Notes under the pieces: model-generated
The model's database searches: none
Seen by the model: only the letters and a program-made list of their open reading frames with translations
Told to the model about the DNA's origin: nothing
Assembly (NCBI GenBank): GCA_047972895.1
Contig: JBKEBA010000070.1
Coordinates: 50 to 64,049 of the forward strand
Source of the DNA: Dysgonomonas sp.
GTDB lineage: Bacteria > Bacteroidota > Bacteroidia > Bacteroidales > Dysgonomonadaceae
Length of the DNA stretch: 64,000 bases
Direction: 5' to 3'
Position numbers and translations under genes: made by a program
Shown: one piece after another, positions 54,299 through 64,000 of the stretch
How positions within the stretch are numbered: position 1 is the stretch's first letter
Layout: each line of letters starts with the position of its first letter

Positions 54299-55618
54299 TT
54301 AGTTTATCGCCCTGCCTTTAGAATATTTTTGGGGATAGCGAAATACAATAGAGATTGTAGCTGCCAACCCAATCAAAAACGGATAGTAAAGATGTGGAAC
54401 TATCTCGATAGCACTCACTTCTGCCAGTCCGGCAGCAATCAGTAATTGAGCACCATACGGGATCAAACCTTGTACGAAACAAGAAAATGTATCAAGCAAA
54501 CTAGCTATTTTACGGCTGTCAAGATTAAATTTATCACTAATATTTTTTGCTATAGGACCACATATAATCAAGGCAATCGTATTATTAGCAGTACAAAGGT
54601 TTGTAAATGATATTAGACCAGCAATCGAAAATTCAGCGGAGCGTTTCGAGCGAATGTTTCGAGTCATCTTAACTATAAGCCAATCAATACCGCCATTGAA
54701 ACGAATCAGTTCAAACATTCCTCCTGCCATCAGTGATACTATAATCAGTTCGCCCATATCGCCAACAATTCCTTTACTCATAGCCTCTGTCCAGTCCCAG
54801 ATTCCAAATCCACCTGTAAAGAGTCCTATTATACCGGAAAGAACTATGCCTAAAGCCAAAACAGCCATTACATTCATACCTAGCAACGCTGTTATCAATA
54901 CGACTAAATAGGGTAATACCTTTATCCATTCTACTCCATCGACTATCACTTTATCTCCAGCCATTTCAAAACCTTGATAGAGGTATATACCTAGAACAAT
55001 TAGAACCACAGGAAAAACAATCCGAATATTTACCTTAAATTTATCCTGCATATCACAACCCTGTGTGCGAGTAGCCACAATTGTGGTATCGGATATAAAG
55101 GAAAGATTGTCGCCAAACATGGCTCCCCCAACTACTATACCGAGCATCAAGGGTAAATCAATACCAGCCTGCGTGGAAACTCCGACAGCAATAGGTGCTA
55201 ATGCTGCAATAGTACCCATCGATGTGCCCATCGCCATAGAGATAAAGCATGCCGCAATAAAAACGCTTGCCAAAATAGTCTTATGAGGGAGTAAGTATAA
55301 CATCACATTCACAGTAGCATCTACTGCGCCCATAGCCTTTGCTGTTCCTGCAAAAGCCCCGGCCAGAATAAAAATAACCACCATCAGCATGATAGTCTCA
55401 TTTGCTGCACCCCGACAAAACTGAGTTACGCGGTCTGATAGGCTGCCACCTTTAGAATAAAAAATAGCGGTCACAGAGGCTGCCATAAAAGCGACAGACA
55501 CAGGCATCTGATAAAGGTCGCCTGTAAATATGAATGTAAGCAGGTATAAGACAAAGAATACTGCCAGAGGCATCAGTGCCCAGCCTTTAGAATTATACCA
55601 TTTAGTATCTTGGTTCAT
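54299..55618 (-). CDS. nhaC: Na+/H+ antiporter, NhaC family
   Basis: 439 aa, polytopic, with size and hydrophobic pattern typical of NhaC-family antiporters. Confidence 0.7.
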   Translation of the reverse strand: MNQDTKWYNSKGWALMPLAVFFVLYLLTFIFTGDLYQMPVSVAFMAASVTAIFYSKGGSLSDRVTQFCRGAANETIMLMVVIFILAGAFAGTAKAMGAVDATVNVMLYLLPHKTILASVFIAACFISMAMGTSMGTIAALAPIAVGVSTQAGIDLPLMLGIVVGGAMFGDNLSFISDTTIVATRTQGCDMQDKFKVNIRIVFPVVLIVLGIYLYQGFEMAGDKVIVDGVEWIKVLPYLVVLITALLGMNVMAVLALGIVLSGIIGLFTGGFGIWDWTEAMSKGIVGDMGELIIVSLMAGGMFELIRFNGGIDWLIVKMTRNIRSKRSAEFSIAGLISFTNLCTANNTIALIICGPIAKNISDKFNLDSRKIASLLDTFSCFVQGLIPYGAQLLIAAGLAEVSAIEIVPHLYYPFLIGLAATISIVFRYPQKYSKGRAIN

Positions 55619-55738
55619 TGCAAAGTAAAGCGTTTTTGATAATCAGGCGCAAAGGTAATCATTTTGCCGAAACAGAAATAGATATCTTGCACCATAAGAA
55701 CATAGAAAAGGGAGACTTTTACCATCTCCCTAATTAAT

Positions 55739-56943
55739 CTATTTCAATAACTTCATCCCAAAACCTGGAAGCGAAGGCGGTGCAAGCCGTCCTCTGTGCA
55801 ATTTATAACCACTTAAATCTATCCCCTCAGAAAAACAGGTTACACCTTCTACGGTCGGTACATTCCCATATGCTGCTGCATACTGTGCTGCATAAAATGA
55901 TTTTATAGTATCGCCCCATGCATGTGGGGATGCCATCATCCCGATTTCTTTAAGGCGTGGAGCTAATTTCCGCCAACGAGTAAAGCCATAATCTCTTATA
56001 TCTTCGAGATACACATCCAGCAACTTCTCTTGTCCAAGCTCCAATGCCAAATTAAGATCGGGATTTGCCTCACCATCCGCTAACAACGTATTACGTCTAC
56101 TGCTATTCACCAACCATTCCTTAAGTTTTTTATAATCTTCCCGCGTTTCCCTGAATGGTTCCTCAATCCAGAACAAAGGAATATCTTCTATACCTTTCAG
56201 ATATTCTATAAAGTAATCTACAGTAAATGCGTCATTGCCATCCACTAATATATCACAATCAGGGAAATTTTCGTATATCAGCTTTGTAACTGATATATCA
56301 GTCTTAAGCCCTTCTTCTTTCGACATCCATTTACCTCCTCTACCTATTTTAACCTTGAGCTGACGGTAGCCATAATTATAATCATACAAACAATTGTCCA
56401 ATATTTTACTCAATCCGATTGGTTTGTCCTCAGGTTCCATCTCATCGAAATATATCATTCCCGAATAACAGTTGGTAAGAATTGGCTTTTCCGAACCCAA
56501 CATCTGATATACAGGCTTATTCAAAATCACACCTGCTAAATCATGTAAACAAAAATCAAACGCATAATGCTTTTCATCGAGAGTTCCCTCTTCTGGGTTG
56601 AATACCTCCGAAGCTCTCTTTCCCTTTATTAATGGGAAATCATTCTCAGCACGCTTTTGGTCACCTTTTATCAAACCTAACCCTTCTGCGCCTTTATCAG
56701 TTATCAACGTACAAAAGGTAAGACTAGGGCCAGTACCATGAAGCCCTAATCTGGAATTTTTGCCAACTAAACGGGGATATCTGAATCGTACGTCTGCAAA
56801 TTTTATGTCTCTTATGCTATGATAAGATAAATCGGTTGGAAAGCCTTCCTCTTCAAAAAAAGAGATTTGCTACTGGCGGATAAAGGAATTAATGTGGAAG
56901 CCGAGGTCAGAGCCATCGTTTTCAGAAAATGTCTTCTTTTCAT
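55739..56943 (-). pseudogene. Enolase-superfamily (mandelate racemase/muconate lactonizing-like) protein with a Tat-type signal, frameshifted in an A7/T7 run
   Basis: ATG at 56943 gives 'MKRRHFLKTMALTSASTLIPLSASSKSLF', then a frame change at the homopolymer 56854-56860. The -1 frame continues 'FEEEGFPTDLSYHSIRDIKF...' into ORF 55739-56707. One extra T would restore the gene. Confidence 0.65.
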
Positions 56944-57046
56944 GATTTTATGTAGATTTAGGTATAAAATTTAAATTCAAACTAACACTATATATATGAG
57001 ACGTATAAATATACATATTCCCTCAGTGAAAAATAGATGCAGATAC

Positions 57047-57085
57047 AAAAAAGGCTGTAATATTTTAATTAAAAACATTACAGCC
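57047..57085 (-). terminator. Hairpin terminator downstream of the GH88 gene
   Basis: 'GGCTGTAAT'-loop-'ATTACAGCC', flanked by A/T runs on both strands. Confidence 0.7.
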
Positions 57086-57109
57086 TTTTATTTCTAATTA
57101 GCGTATCTA

Positions 57110-58345
57110 CTATTTCTTCAAATTCTTATATCTCAACAATGCTTCGAGGAAATAATAATCGGCATATACTAGCGGTTTATCTATTTCAGATTTATGCGGA
57201 ATACTACCAACACAGTGCATAATAAGGAAATCGGCATTTCCGCCTAATTGAGCACGGTATGTAGGTGAAGCTAAACTATGAAGCATTTTTATGGCTTTTT
57301 CGGTATATGTTTTATTATTAGCCAACTCTCCGAGTTCGAATAAGGCAGAACATACAATTGCTCCTGCGGAAGCATCTCTAAGTTTTTCCTGAAATTCTAC
57401 AGCGCATGAACGTTCACCGGGTACATATCCTTCCATTCCTACATTAAAGTCCCATAGAGGAATAAGATCTTCGGGCAGATTATTTAAGTAATAATCTGCT
57501 GCTTTTGTGGCTACATCCAAGAATCTCGGTTCTTTAGTCTCTCGATAAGTCATTGTATAGCCATATATAGCCCATGCCTGACCGCGCGACCATGTAGAAT
57601 TATCACTGAATCCCTGACCTGTATTTCTGCTCCACACATCGGTACTAATAGTATCATAAGAAACCACGTGATATGTCCCAAAATCTTCTCTAAAATGATT
57701 TTTCATGGTCATATCAGCATGTTTCACGGCTATATCGTAATACTTTTTATCACCAGATATTTTAGAAGCATAGAATAACATTTCTAGATTCATCATATTA
57801 TCAATAATTACAGGATAATCGTATGTAATGGTATCATTATTCATTGGTCTGAATCTGTTCCAAGATTTAATAACTTGTGTCTTTTCACTGAATCGGGTAG
57901 AAAGAGAATTAGCGCTCTCTATCAGGATATCCTTATATTCTGGTTTTGGCGCAAGACGCTCTGCATTTCCATAACTACAATACATCATGAACCCCAAATC
58001 ATGATGTCCTGTAAATGTTTTAAGAGGCTCAAGCGAAACAGTCCATTTCTCAGCCTCGGATTTCCATTTTTCTTCTCCTGTCAGTTCATATAGATACCAC
58101 AGTGAACCAGGAAAGAATCCAGATGTCCATTCATACATTCCGACAGTACGAAGGGTATTGTCATCCTTCATTGTACGCGGATAATTCTTTCCTGTGGGCG
58201 CACCCACACTTCCCAACATTTTTTCGGTTTGTGCACATGCGAACTCTGCATTCTCTGTTATAAACTTCTGTTTTTCTTTGTCCGTACAGGCTGTCGTCAA
58301 GGCTATTGAGGCAACCAACGCGATGAATAATACATTTAGTTTCAT
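57110..58345 (-). CDS. Glycoside hydrolase family 88 (unsaturated glucuronyl hydrolase)
   Basis: 'HHDLGFMMYCSYGNA', 'WSRGQAWAIYG' and 'ADYYFLEALLRY' are typical of GH88. Lipoprotein signal. Confidence 0.8.
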   Translation of the reverse strand: MKLNVLFIALVASIALTTACTDKEKQKFITENAEFACAQTEKMLGSVGAPTGKNYPRTMKDDNTLRTVGMYEWTSGFFPGSLWYLYELTGEEKWKSEAEKWTVSLEPLKTFTGHHDLGFMMYCSYGNAERLAPKPEYKDILIESANSLSTRFSEKTQVIKSWNRFRPMNNDTITYDYPVIIDNMMNLEMLFYASKISGDKKYYDIAVKHADMTMKNHFREDFGTYHVVSYDTISTDVWSRNTGQGFSDNSTWSRGQAWAIYGYTMTYRETKEPRFLDVATKAADYYLNNLPEDLIPLWDFNVGMEGYVPGERSCAVEFQEKLRDASAGAIVCSALFELGELANNKTYTEKAIKMLHSLASPTYRAQLGGNADFLIMHCVGSIPHKSEIDKPLVYADYYFLEALLRYKNLKK

Positions 58346-58378
58346 ATTGGTATAAGATTTAAATAAATTATTTGCTAA

Positions 58379-59629
58379 CTATTTTTTTATCGACTCATGA
58401 TAATCTTTAGGAAAAGTTTTTCCCGCCCATGCTCTCTGAGAAGTCCATTCCTCAGTTGGCGCAGTCCAGAATTCATGATCAACAGGTAATCCCAAAGGTA
58501 AGAATACTAAGGAGGTGAGGTATAAACTTCCATTATTTGTATAAGAATCAGCTAAATCGGGCTGATGACCGGCAAAGCCTAGCTGAAGAAATCCCTCTTT
58601 ACCAAAATTCCCATCTATGGAAAACATCCTTTTCATTACGGAAGTTAAAGCGTTCCTAACCTGTCCGTTTGTTATAGTCTTAGGCAAATCATATTTCCAT
58701 GCTGAAAGAGCTAAAGGCTGGAAGACTCCCATACGGTATGTCATAGAACGCCCGAATACAGGAAAAGTGGCCTCAGGTGAGACTAAACGCTCCAAGAATT
58801 GATTATAGCGTTGCATGCGCCTCAATGCCAAATCAAAACTTATGGCAGACCATTTATTATGTTGCTTCATCACTTCTACAATCTCAACAAGCATAGGTTG
58901 TATGACAAAACTATTGTAATAATCGAACGAAAACTCGGGTCCGTCAGAATACCATCCGTCTCCAAGATACCATTCTTCCATTTTTCTGATAGCTACATCC
59001 AGAGCCACAGCATCGTACTCCTCCCCTATCGACAGCAAGAAAGTTTCAATCATAGCCCGAAATAATAACCAATTGCTATACGCAGCTCTAATACTCCGAA
59101 GGCTCTTAAATTCTTTTATATATCTTTCTTTAGTTATATCATCAAGTAGTTCCCACAATTCTTTGGGCGCCCGAATGAAGCTATTAGCAAGGAATGCAGC
59201 ATCTACCAAAACCTGCCCTTCCCCTTTCCATAATAGATAATCAGGATTGTCGGGATCTACTGCGTTGGCATAACTTAGTAAAGCCCATTCTCGAATCTGT
59301 TTTCTTTTCTTTCCCTCTAACGTTTCATCGTCTGGTAAGGTCAGCCACGGCGCTACACCAGCCATCAGCCTCCCAAAAATTTCCATATATGTAACATCTT
59401 TATTTCGTCCATCCCATGTAGGACTAAGTTCCAATTGCATATTCTTTTTCAGTTCACCTCGACTCATATTACTAAGCACCGGTTCTGAAATTTTATATAA
59501 TAAATCTACCCAATATTCCCTATCGGACTGATTAGATACCTTCGGTTTATTCTCTTGAGGGAACACCTGCAAAAAAACAGACAAGTACAATAATAAAAAT
59601 AAGCAACCTTTCAATGTGTGTGTTTTCAT
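58379..59629 (-). CDS. DUF2264 domain-containing protein
   Basis: Start set at 'MKTHTLKGCLFLLL' (signal peptide). Common partner of GH88 in polysaccharide-utilisation loci (PULs). Family recalled. Confidence 0.55.
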   Translation of the reverse strand: MKTHTLKGCLFLLLYLSVFLQVFPQENKPKVSNQSDREYWVDLLYKISEPVLSNMSRGELKKNMQLELSPTWDGRNKDVTYMEIFGRLMAGVAPWLTLPDDETLEGKKRKQIREWALLSYANAVDPDNPDYLLWKGEGQVLVDAAFLANSFIRAPKELWELLDDITKERYIKEFKSLRSIRAAYSNWLLFRAMIETFLLSIGEEYDAVALDVAIRKMEEWYLGDGWYSDGPEFSFDYYNSFVIQPMLVEIVEVMKQHNKWSAISFDLALRRMQRYNQFLERLVSPEATFPVFGRSMTYRMGVFQPLALSAWKYDLPKTITNGQVRNALTSVMKRMFSIDGNFGKEGFLQLGFAGHQPDLADSYTNNGSLYLTSLVFLPLGLPVDHEFWTAPTEEWTSQRAWAGKTFPKDYHESIKK

Positions 59630-59758
59630 TGTATTATGCTTTTCATTCGATTCAGACAAAGGTAATATTTTCATTTTAATAATTAAGACACAACGACATA
59701 CAATATGGTAATTGTATATCGTTGTATCCATATATTTCAAAAGTTCCAAAAAGGAAGA

Positions 59759-61084
59759 TCACATTGCTCTTCCATTACACTTTTCATCTGTCGCATCTTT
59801 ATACCAATCCACTTTTCTCAATACAAACATTACGATAGCCAAAGCTACAAACAAACCGATGGCTCCAAATAATAATGCCATATTTTCCTGTTGCAGTATA
59901 ATATACAGATATGCATACAATACTGTAAGGAATATGGCCATCATTGTGGTTTGCTTTATGTCCTTAAACATTGTAGTCGAATACGCAGTGATCAGAGCCG
60001 TGGTGGCAAATGCTGCAATCAGATAGGATAACCCGAATGATAAATGCTCCGATATTGCGAGCAAAAGAGTATAAAACAATACGAGTGCACAACTTACCAA
60101 CAAGTATTGTACAGGATGTATTCGTTTTTTACTTAATAATTCAACAAGAAAAAAGACAACAAATGTAAGTACGATGAACATAATAGCGTATTTTACGGAA
60201 CGCATTGTCATCTGATATTTGTCAATAGAGAATTTCAAATCTACACCAAGAGAAGAGGATTGCAACACCGCATTTTCACCTGTCCATGATTGTACATAAT
60301 TACGATTGTAATCGAAAACATCCCATCTGGCGTCGAAACCATTCTTATCGATTGTACGTTCAGAGGGTAAATAATTTCCGTCGAAAGAAACTGTATTCCA
60401 TGCCGATTTCAATTGTATACGATTTGTTTTTCCTATCGGATTTATATAAAACCCTTCACTACCATTCAGTACCATATTAAAATCAAAATCAAAATTTTCG
60501 ACTGCAATATCTAGAGGCGTATTAACCGTCAGACCAGAAGATAATATTGAATTCGGCTTCACTCCGGGCAGTACTTTCTGAGGTACCCCATTCACATTGA
60601 ATTCAATCTTGTTCTTTATCCCCTGCATGAAAGTAACTCCAATCAATACATAAGTATCCTGCCAATGAATTTTTTCAGGATTGATCTCCAATCCTATATA
60701 ATCGGGTAGAGAAAGCTTACCGCTCACTTTCAGATTCGATTGATAAACAAGTGTCTTGAATAGCGTTCTAGAACGTTCTTCTGTAACCAATTCTCCATCA
60801 ACCTGAAAATCATTTGGCAAAACATAGATTTTATCCATATACGGTTTACTATTCTCAGATGTAGCCTCTACTTCGAATGGCAATACAAGTATTGGCCCTG
60901 TAAAATGTTGACTACCTCCCCACTTTTCACTAATATCATCCTGCACATTTTTCTGATTCTCTTCCCGCTCCATAATTAATGATCTAATCATACTTATTGG
61001 AATGATCATGATGAATGCAAGAATACCAACTACAATGACTTTAATAAAAATCATATTCACTTTTGTTCCGAGTCTTATTTCCAT
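59759..61084 (-). CDS. creD: Cell-envelope integrity protein CreD
   Basis: N-terminal TM segment, 'ISEKWGGSQHFTGPILVLPF', and a C-terminal cluster of five TM helices. Confidence 0.75.
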   Translation of the reverse strand: MEIRLGTKVNMIFIKVIVVGILAFIMIIPISMIRSLIMEREENQKNVQDDISEKWGGSQHFTGPILVLPFEVEATSENSKPYMDKIYVLPNDFQVDGELVTEERSRTLFKTLVYQSNLKVSGKLSLPDYIGLEINPEKIHWQDTYVLIGVTFMQGIKNKIEFNVNGVPQKVLPGVKPNSILSSGLTVNTPLDIAVENFDFDFNMVLNGSEGFYINPIGKTNRIQLKSAWNTVSFDGNYLPSERTIDKNGFDARWDVFDYNRNYVQSWTGENAVLQSSSLGVDLKFSIDKYQMTMRSVKYAIMFIVLTFVVFFLVELLSKKRIHPVQYLLVSCALVLFYTLLLAISEHLSFGLSYLIAAFATTALITAYSTTMFKDIKQTTMMAIFLTVLYAYLYIILQQENMALLFGAIGLFVALAIVMFVLRKVDWYKDATDEKCNGRAM

Positions 61085-61139
61085 AATAGCTACATTTAAA
61101 TAAAAGTTCTTTGAATTTCAAAGTAAATAAATAAAAAAA

Positions 61140-61445
61140 TTATGATAAAGGATTAATCAATCGCTCCAATGCATCGATATGTTCTTTAAACAGCTTCTCT
61201 CCTAATGGAGTGACACGGTAAGATGTATTTGGCTTCCGACCAAGAAACTGCTTTTTCACCTCTATTACACTTTCTTTTTCCAATGCTTTCAGATGACTAG
61301 CCAGATTACCATCCGTAACATCGAGTAATTCCTTCATTGTATTGAAGTCAACGCTCTCGTTTACCATCAATACCGACATTATCCCCAGACGTATGCGACT
61401 GTCGAAGACCTTATTCAATCCTGATATAATATCTTTCATAATCAA
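61140..61445 (-). CDS. Winged-helix transcriptional regulator (small, ArsR/PadR-like)
   Basis: 101 aa. 'TMKELLDVTDGNLASHLKALEKESVIEVKKQF'. Directly upstream of creD. Confidence 0.6.
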   Translation of the reverse strand: MIMKDIISGLNKVFDSRIRLGIMSVLMVNESVDFNTMKELLDVTDGNLASHLKALEKESVIEVKKQFLGRKPNTSYRVTPLGEKLFKEHIDALERLINPLS

Positions 61446-62047
61446 CCGTTTTTGTCAGTCTTCATGTCATACTTACAATACATTACTATACCATATACTA
61501 TATGTAAAACACCAAAACCGATAGCCCAGAATAATAAACTATATTGATTAACTGCAATAGCAACAAGACCTAAAATGACCTCGCAAGCTCCCAATATTTT
61601 AATATCGCGATATGTCCGTGCACCTGCATATATCAGACTGATCCCATAAAATATCAGCATAAATGGCAATATTAGATATGATAAATGCTTAAAAACAAAT
61701 ATTAAACAAATCAACCCGCCAATGACCATAGGGATACTAAAGTCTTGCAAAATCTGCCATGTTACAGGCAACCAAAATTTTGATTGACTTTTATGTGCTT
61801 TACGTGCCGAGAAGTAAAATCCTGCGGAAGCGGCACATATTAATACCAAAACCGTAATTAAGATAAGGTCGTAAAGCAATGACCCTGTTATGGATAACTC
61901 ACCTTCAAGTACAAAATATGCAATAATAGTCCCCAACAAAGCTATTATGCCTGCCGAAACTCCCGACATACCACTCAATGACAGAAATTTACTGGAACGT
62001 TCCATCATAGAACGTATGTGCCTTATATCCTCTAGATTTGTATCCAT
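61442..62047 (-). CDS. Hypothetical integral membrane protein
   Basis: Five or six TM segments. 4-nt overlap with the downstream regulator gene. Confidence 0.5.
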   Translation of the reverse strand: MDTNLEDIRHIRSMMERSSKFLSLSGMSGVSAGIIALLGTIIAYFVLEGELSITGSLLYDLILITVLVLICAASAGFYFSARKAHKSQSKFWLPVTWQILQDFSIPMVIGGLICLIFVFKHLSYLILPFMLIFYGISLIYAGARTYRDIKILGACEVILGLVAIAVNQYSLLFWAIGFGVLHIVYGIVMYCKYDMKTDKNG

Positions 62048-62182
62048 AATTTTACACTTTGAAATACAAAGTAAATGTATATATTTGAATTACGCAATAG
62101 ATTTACATTTTTTCGATTTTTACAAAATAAAAAAACGGCAATAAATTTACTGCCGTTCTATTCTAAAACTATTTTATCCTAT

Positions 62183-62755
62183 TTATTCTTCCAACAATTC
62201 ATCATACAAGTCTTTCAGCCGTTCCCTTAAATGCAATACAGCATAGCGTTTACGTGATATTAGTGTATTAACTGTTATCCCAGTCAATGCGGATATTTCT
62301 TTAAAGGAAAAACCCTCTAATTCTGTTTGCTCAAATACTTCACGTTGTTCGATCGGAAGCTCAGACAAGGCTATTTCCAATTCGTCCCAAACTAAAGACC
62401 TAATATACTCTGTTTCGGGAGAAGCATCTTCATCAAACATAAGGCTGGTGATTTCCACCATAAATGATTCCTCATCATTCTTAGCCGAAACGAAAGGCAT
62501 CTCCACCTCTTTACGCTTGCGACTCCGATCTATAATTTGATTATTTGTAACTGAATACAACCATGCCGACATCTGCTCGATGGGTTTTTCCAACAGATCA
62601 ACTTTCATCAGCTGATAAAAAACATTTTGAAGGATATCTTCTCCGTCTTCTTTGGATATAACACGCTTCGAAATAAAGCTTTTCAGCCTTGACTTGTATT
62701 CATTAAATATGTTCGTAACGTTTTGTTCTTTCGGCAAATCAGATGTCATATTCAT
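62183..62755 (-). CDS. ECF RNA polymerase sigma factor
   Basis: Region 2 'GEDILQNVFYQLMK...WLYSVTNN'. Region 4 'FSFKEISALTGITVNTLISRKRYA'. Start set at 'MNMTSD'. Confidence 0.75.
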   Translation of the reverse strand: MNMTSDLPKEQNVTNIFNEYKSRLKSFISKRVISKEDGEDILQNVFYQLMKVDLLEKPIEQMSAWLYSVTNNQIIDRSRKRKEVEMPFVSAKNDEESFMVEITSLMFDEDASPETEYIRSLVWDELEIALSELPIEQREVFEQTELEGFSFKEISALTGITVNTLISRKRYAVLHLRERLKDLYDELLEE

Positions 62756-63158
62756 TCTTTTCCTTATTTTCGGTATGCGGTTTTTCTTCCCTTCCGCAGC
62801 AGTCACCTCCAAATCCAAGGAAATGGTCTCGCATGTGTTTGCGCATATATTCGCGTTTTTCTTCGCGAGACATATCTTTCATACGGTCTCTCAGCTTGTG
62901 CCATTTACGAAAATCTTCACGTTTTTCTCTAAGATGATGATGGTGACCACCTCTAAATTTACCGAATCTTCCGAATCCACCTAGTAGTAAACGAGACAAT
63001 ATCATCAACCCGGCAGCCTGCCAATAGTTAATCGTAGTCCAACCAATAATGGAAGGTATCAATGCATTCCACAATAACATAACAATAGCTATCGCAGCTG
63101 CGAAAACCGCTATAAAGATGAGAACACCCAAGAATCTTTTTTTTCTAAAATTTTTCAT
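62739..63158 (-). CDS. Membrane protein with a basic, His-rich tail ('GGHHHHLREKRED...')
   Basis: Two TM segments followed by a charged tail. Overlaps the sigma gene start, which suggests an operon. Confidence 0.5.
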   Translation of the reverse strand: MKNFRKKRFLGVLIFIAVFAAAIAIVMLLWNALIPSIIGWTTINYWQAAGLMILSRLLLGGFGRFGKFRGGHHHHLREKREDFRKWHKLRDRMKDMSREEKREYMRKHMRDHFLGFGGDCCGREEKPHTENKEKNEYDI

Positions 63159-63547
63159 ATCTATATTATTTATTTTTCTATTACAATTCACCAATCCAGT
63201 AAAAGAGGTATAAAATACTTCCGGCAGATAGCAGCAAAGTTAAAACAATAGCTGCTACAGGTGGAACAACCTCCTCTTTTATTTTCTTCATTATATTGCT
63301 CTTATCCATTTGATTAATTGTATTTCTTATTATCATTTATCTTTTTAAAGATATATATCTATTATCCATGACGAATGGCACGGAATAATATTTTAAAGAT
63401 TTCAGTTTTTCTTTAAATAATTTACATTTATTTATTAACCTATCAGGTAAATGACAAATAAACATTAATAAACTTTATCTGTTTATGTTTTCAGGAGTAG
63501 ATATTCGTTCTATATATTTACTTTTGTCACGAAATAAAACAAGAAAT

Positions 63548-64000
63548 ATGAAGAAGATTTTTATAATTATACTTGCTACTACATTATATTCTGTCAATAG
63601 CCCTGCACAAAAAAGTCCTCACGAAGATGTTGCTATAGCATATGATAGCTTATCCAATTTTCTAGGGAAAAATGCAAAGGGATATACAGGTCAGGAACTA
63701 TACCTTAAAGGTCTTGATAAGAAGTCGCGTAATTATGGTTATAATGGCTTTATCTTGGATTATAAAAAAGATGATGATGTGCTAAATGATGAAAAGAACA
63801 TCTACAAACCGAATGAAAATTATAATTCCAGATATGAAGACCTAGCGGGTAGATACTTCAGTGTTTTAGAAGTTATCAAACATCCTAAAGCGAGCACAAA
63901 TGCAACTGAATACAATAACATCTTTTATCTGAAACTACAGGAGTTATCGAACGGAGATATTCTTTATTATAAATATAATTTAGGCTCTGAGTTTACTTTT
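63548..64000 (+). CDS. Hypothetical secreted protein, 5' part (runs off the right edge)
   Basis: ATG at 63548. Signal peptide 'MKKIFIIILATTLYSVNSPAQ'. The frame is open to the end of the window. Confidence 0.5.
   Translation, partial: MKKIFIIILATTLYSVNSPAQKSPHEDVAIAYDSLSNFLGKNAKGYTGQELYLKGLDKKSRNYGYNGFILDYKKDDDVLNDEKNIYKPNENYNSRYEDLAGRYFSVLEVIKHPKASTNATEYNNIFYLKLQELSNGDILYYKYNLGSEFTF

Noticed and set aside
1-64000. CRISPR arrays, rRNA genes, intact tRNA genes, IS transposases, relaxase/conjugation genes, phage structural genes, and a SusC partner for the SusD-like gene.
   Set aside because: I scanned the intergenic regions and the ORF translations. There is no spaced direct-repeat array, no rRNA-like sequence, and no DDE transposase, relaxase, TonB-dependent receptor, capsid or terminase motif. 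This is absence by eye only, not by search.

Overview
Low-GC Bacteroidota (Bacteroidales-like) chromosome: gene content, lipoprotein signal peptides and TAnnTTTG -7 promoter boxes all fit. Most of the window is ordinary housekeeping and glycan-utilisation DNA (TatD, polyprenyl synthase, GH43, galM, mtgA, a GH106-like enzyme, gdhA, cysE, purL, ugd, lolD, two ECF sigma modules, PspC/PadR, NhaC, GH88/DUF2264, CreD). Two AT-rich mobile insertions stand out. (1) An island of at least 9.8 kb starts with a tyrosine integrase that runs off the left edge. It carries ten consecutive ORFs with little or no recognisable function and ends at nt 9804 against the 5' half of a tRNA-Ser(GGA) gene that still has its promoter. 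(2) A 7,506-bp element (34225-41730) splits the recombination-mediator/competence gene dprA exactly in frame. It encodes a large serine recombinase (LSR) fused to a membrane-anchored C-terminal domain, a Rep-like protein, an orphan SusD-like lipoprotein, and a second (tyrosine) recombinase translationally coupled to a small His/Cys-dyad protein. The att sites can be rebuilt by eye: a TA crossover and an attP with 17/20 dyad symmetry. This dprA-interrupting element is the best candidate for an undescribed system. Other observations: an in-frame TAG in purL, an A7 frameshift in a Tat-signal enolase-superfamily gene, a decayed acyltransferase next to the island junction, and a mirror-image pair of ECF-type promoters. 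All homology calls come from reading motifs, not database searches. ORF-track starts are often over-extended because alternative start codons were allowed, and I corrected them where the sequence supports it.
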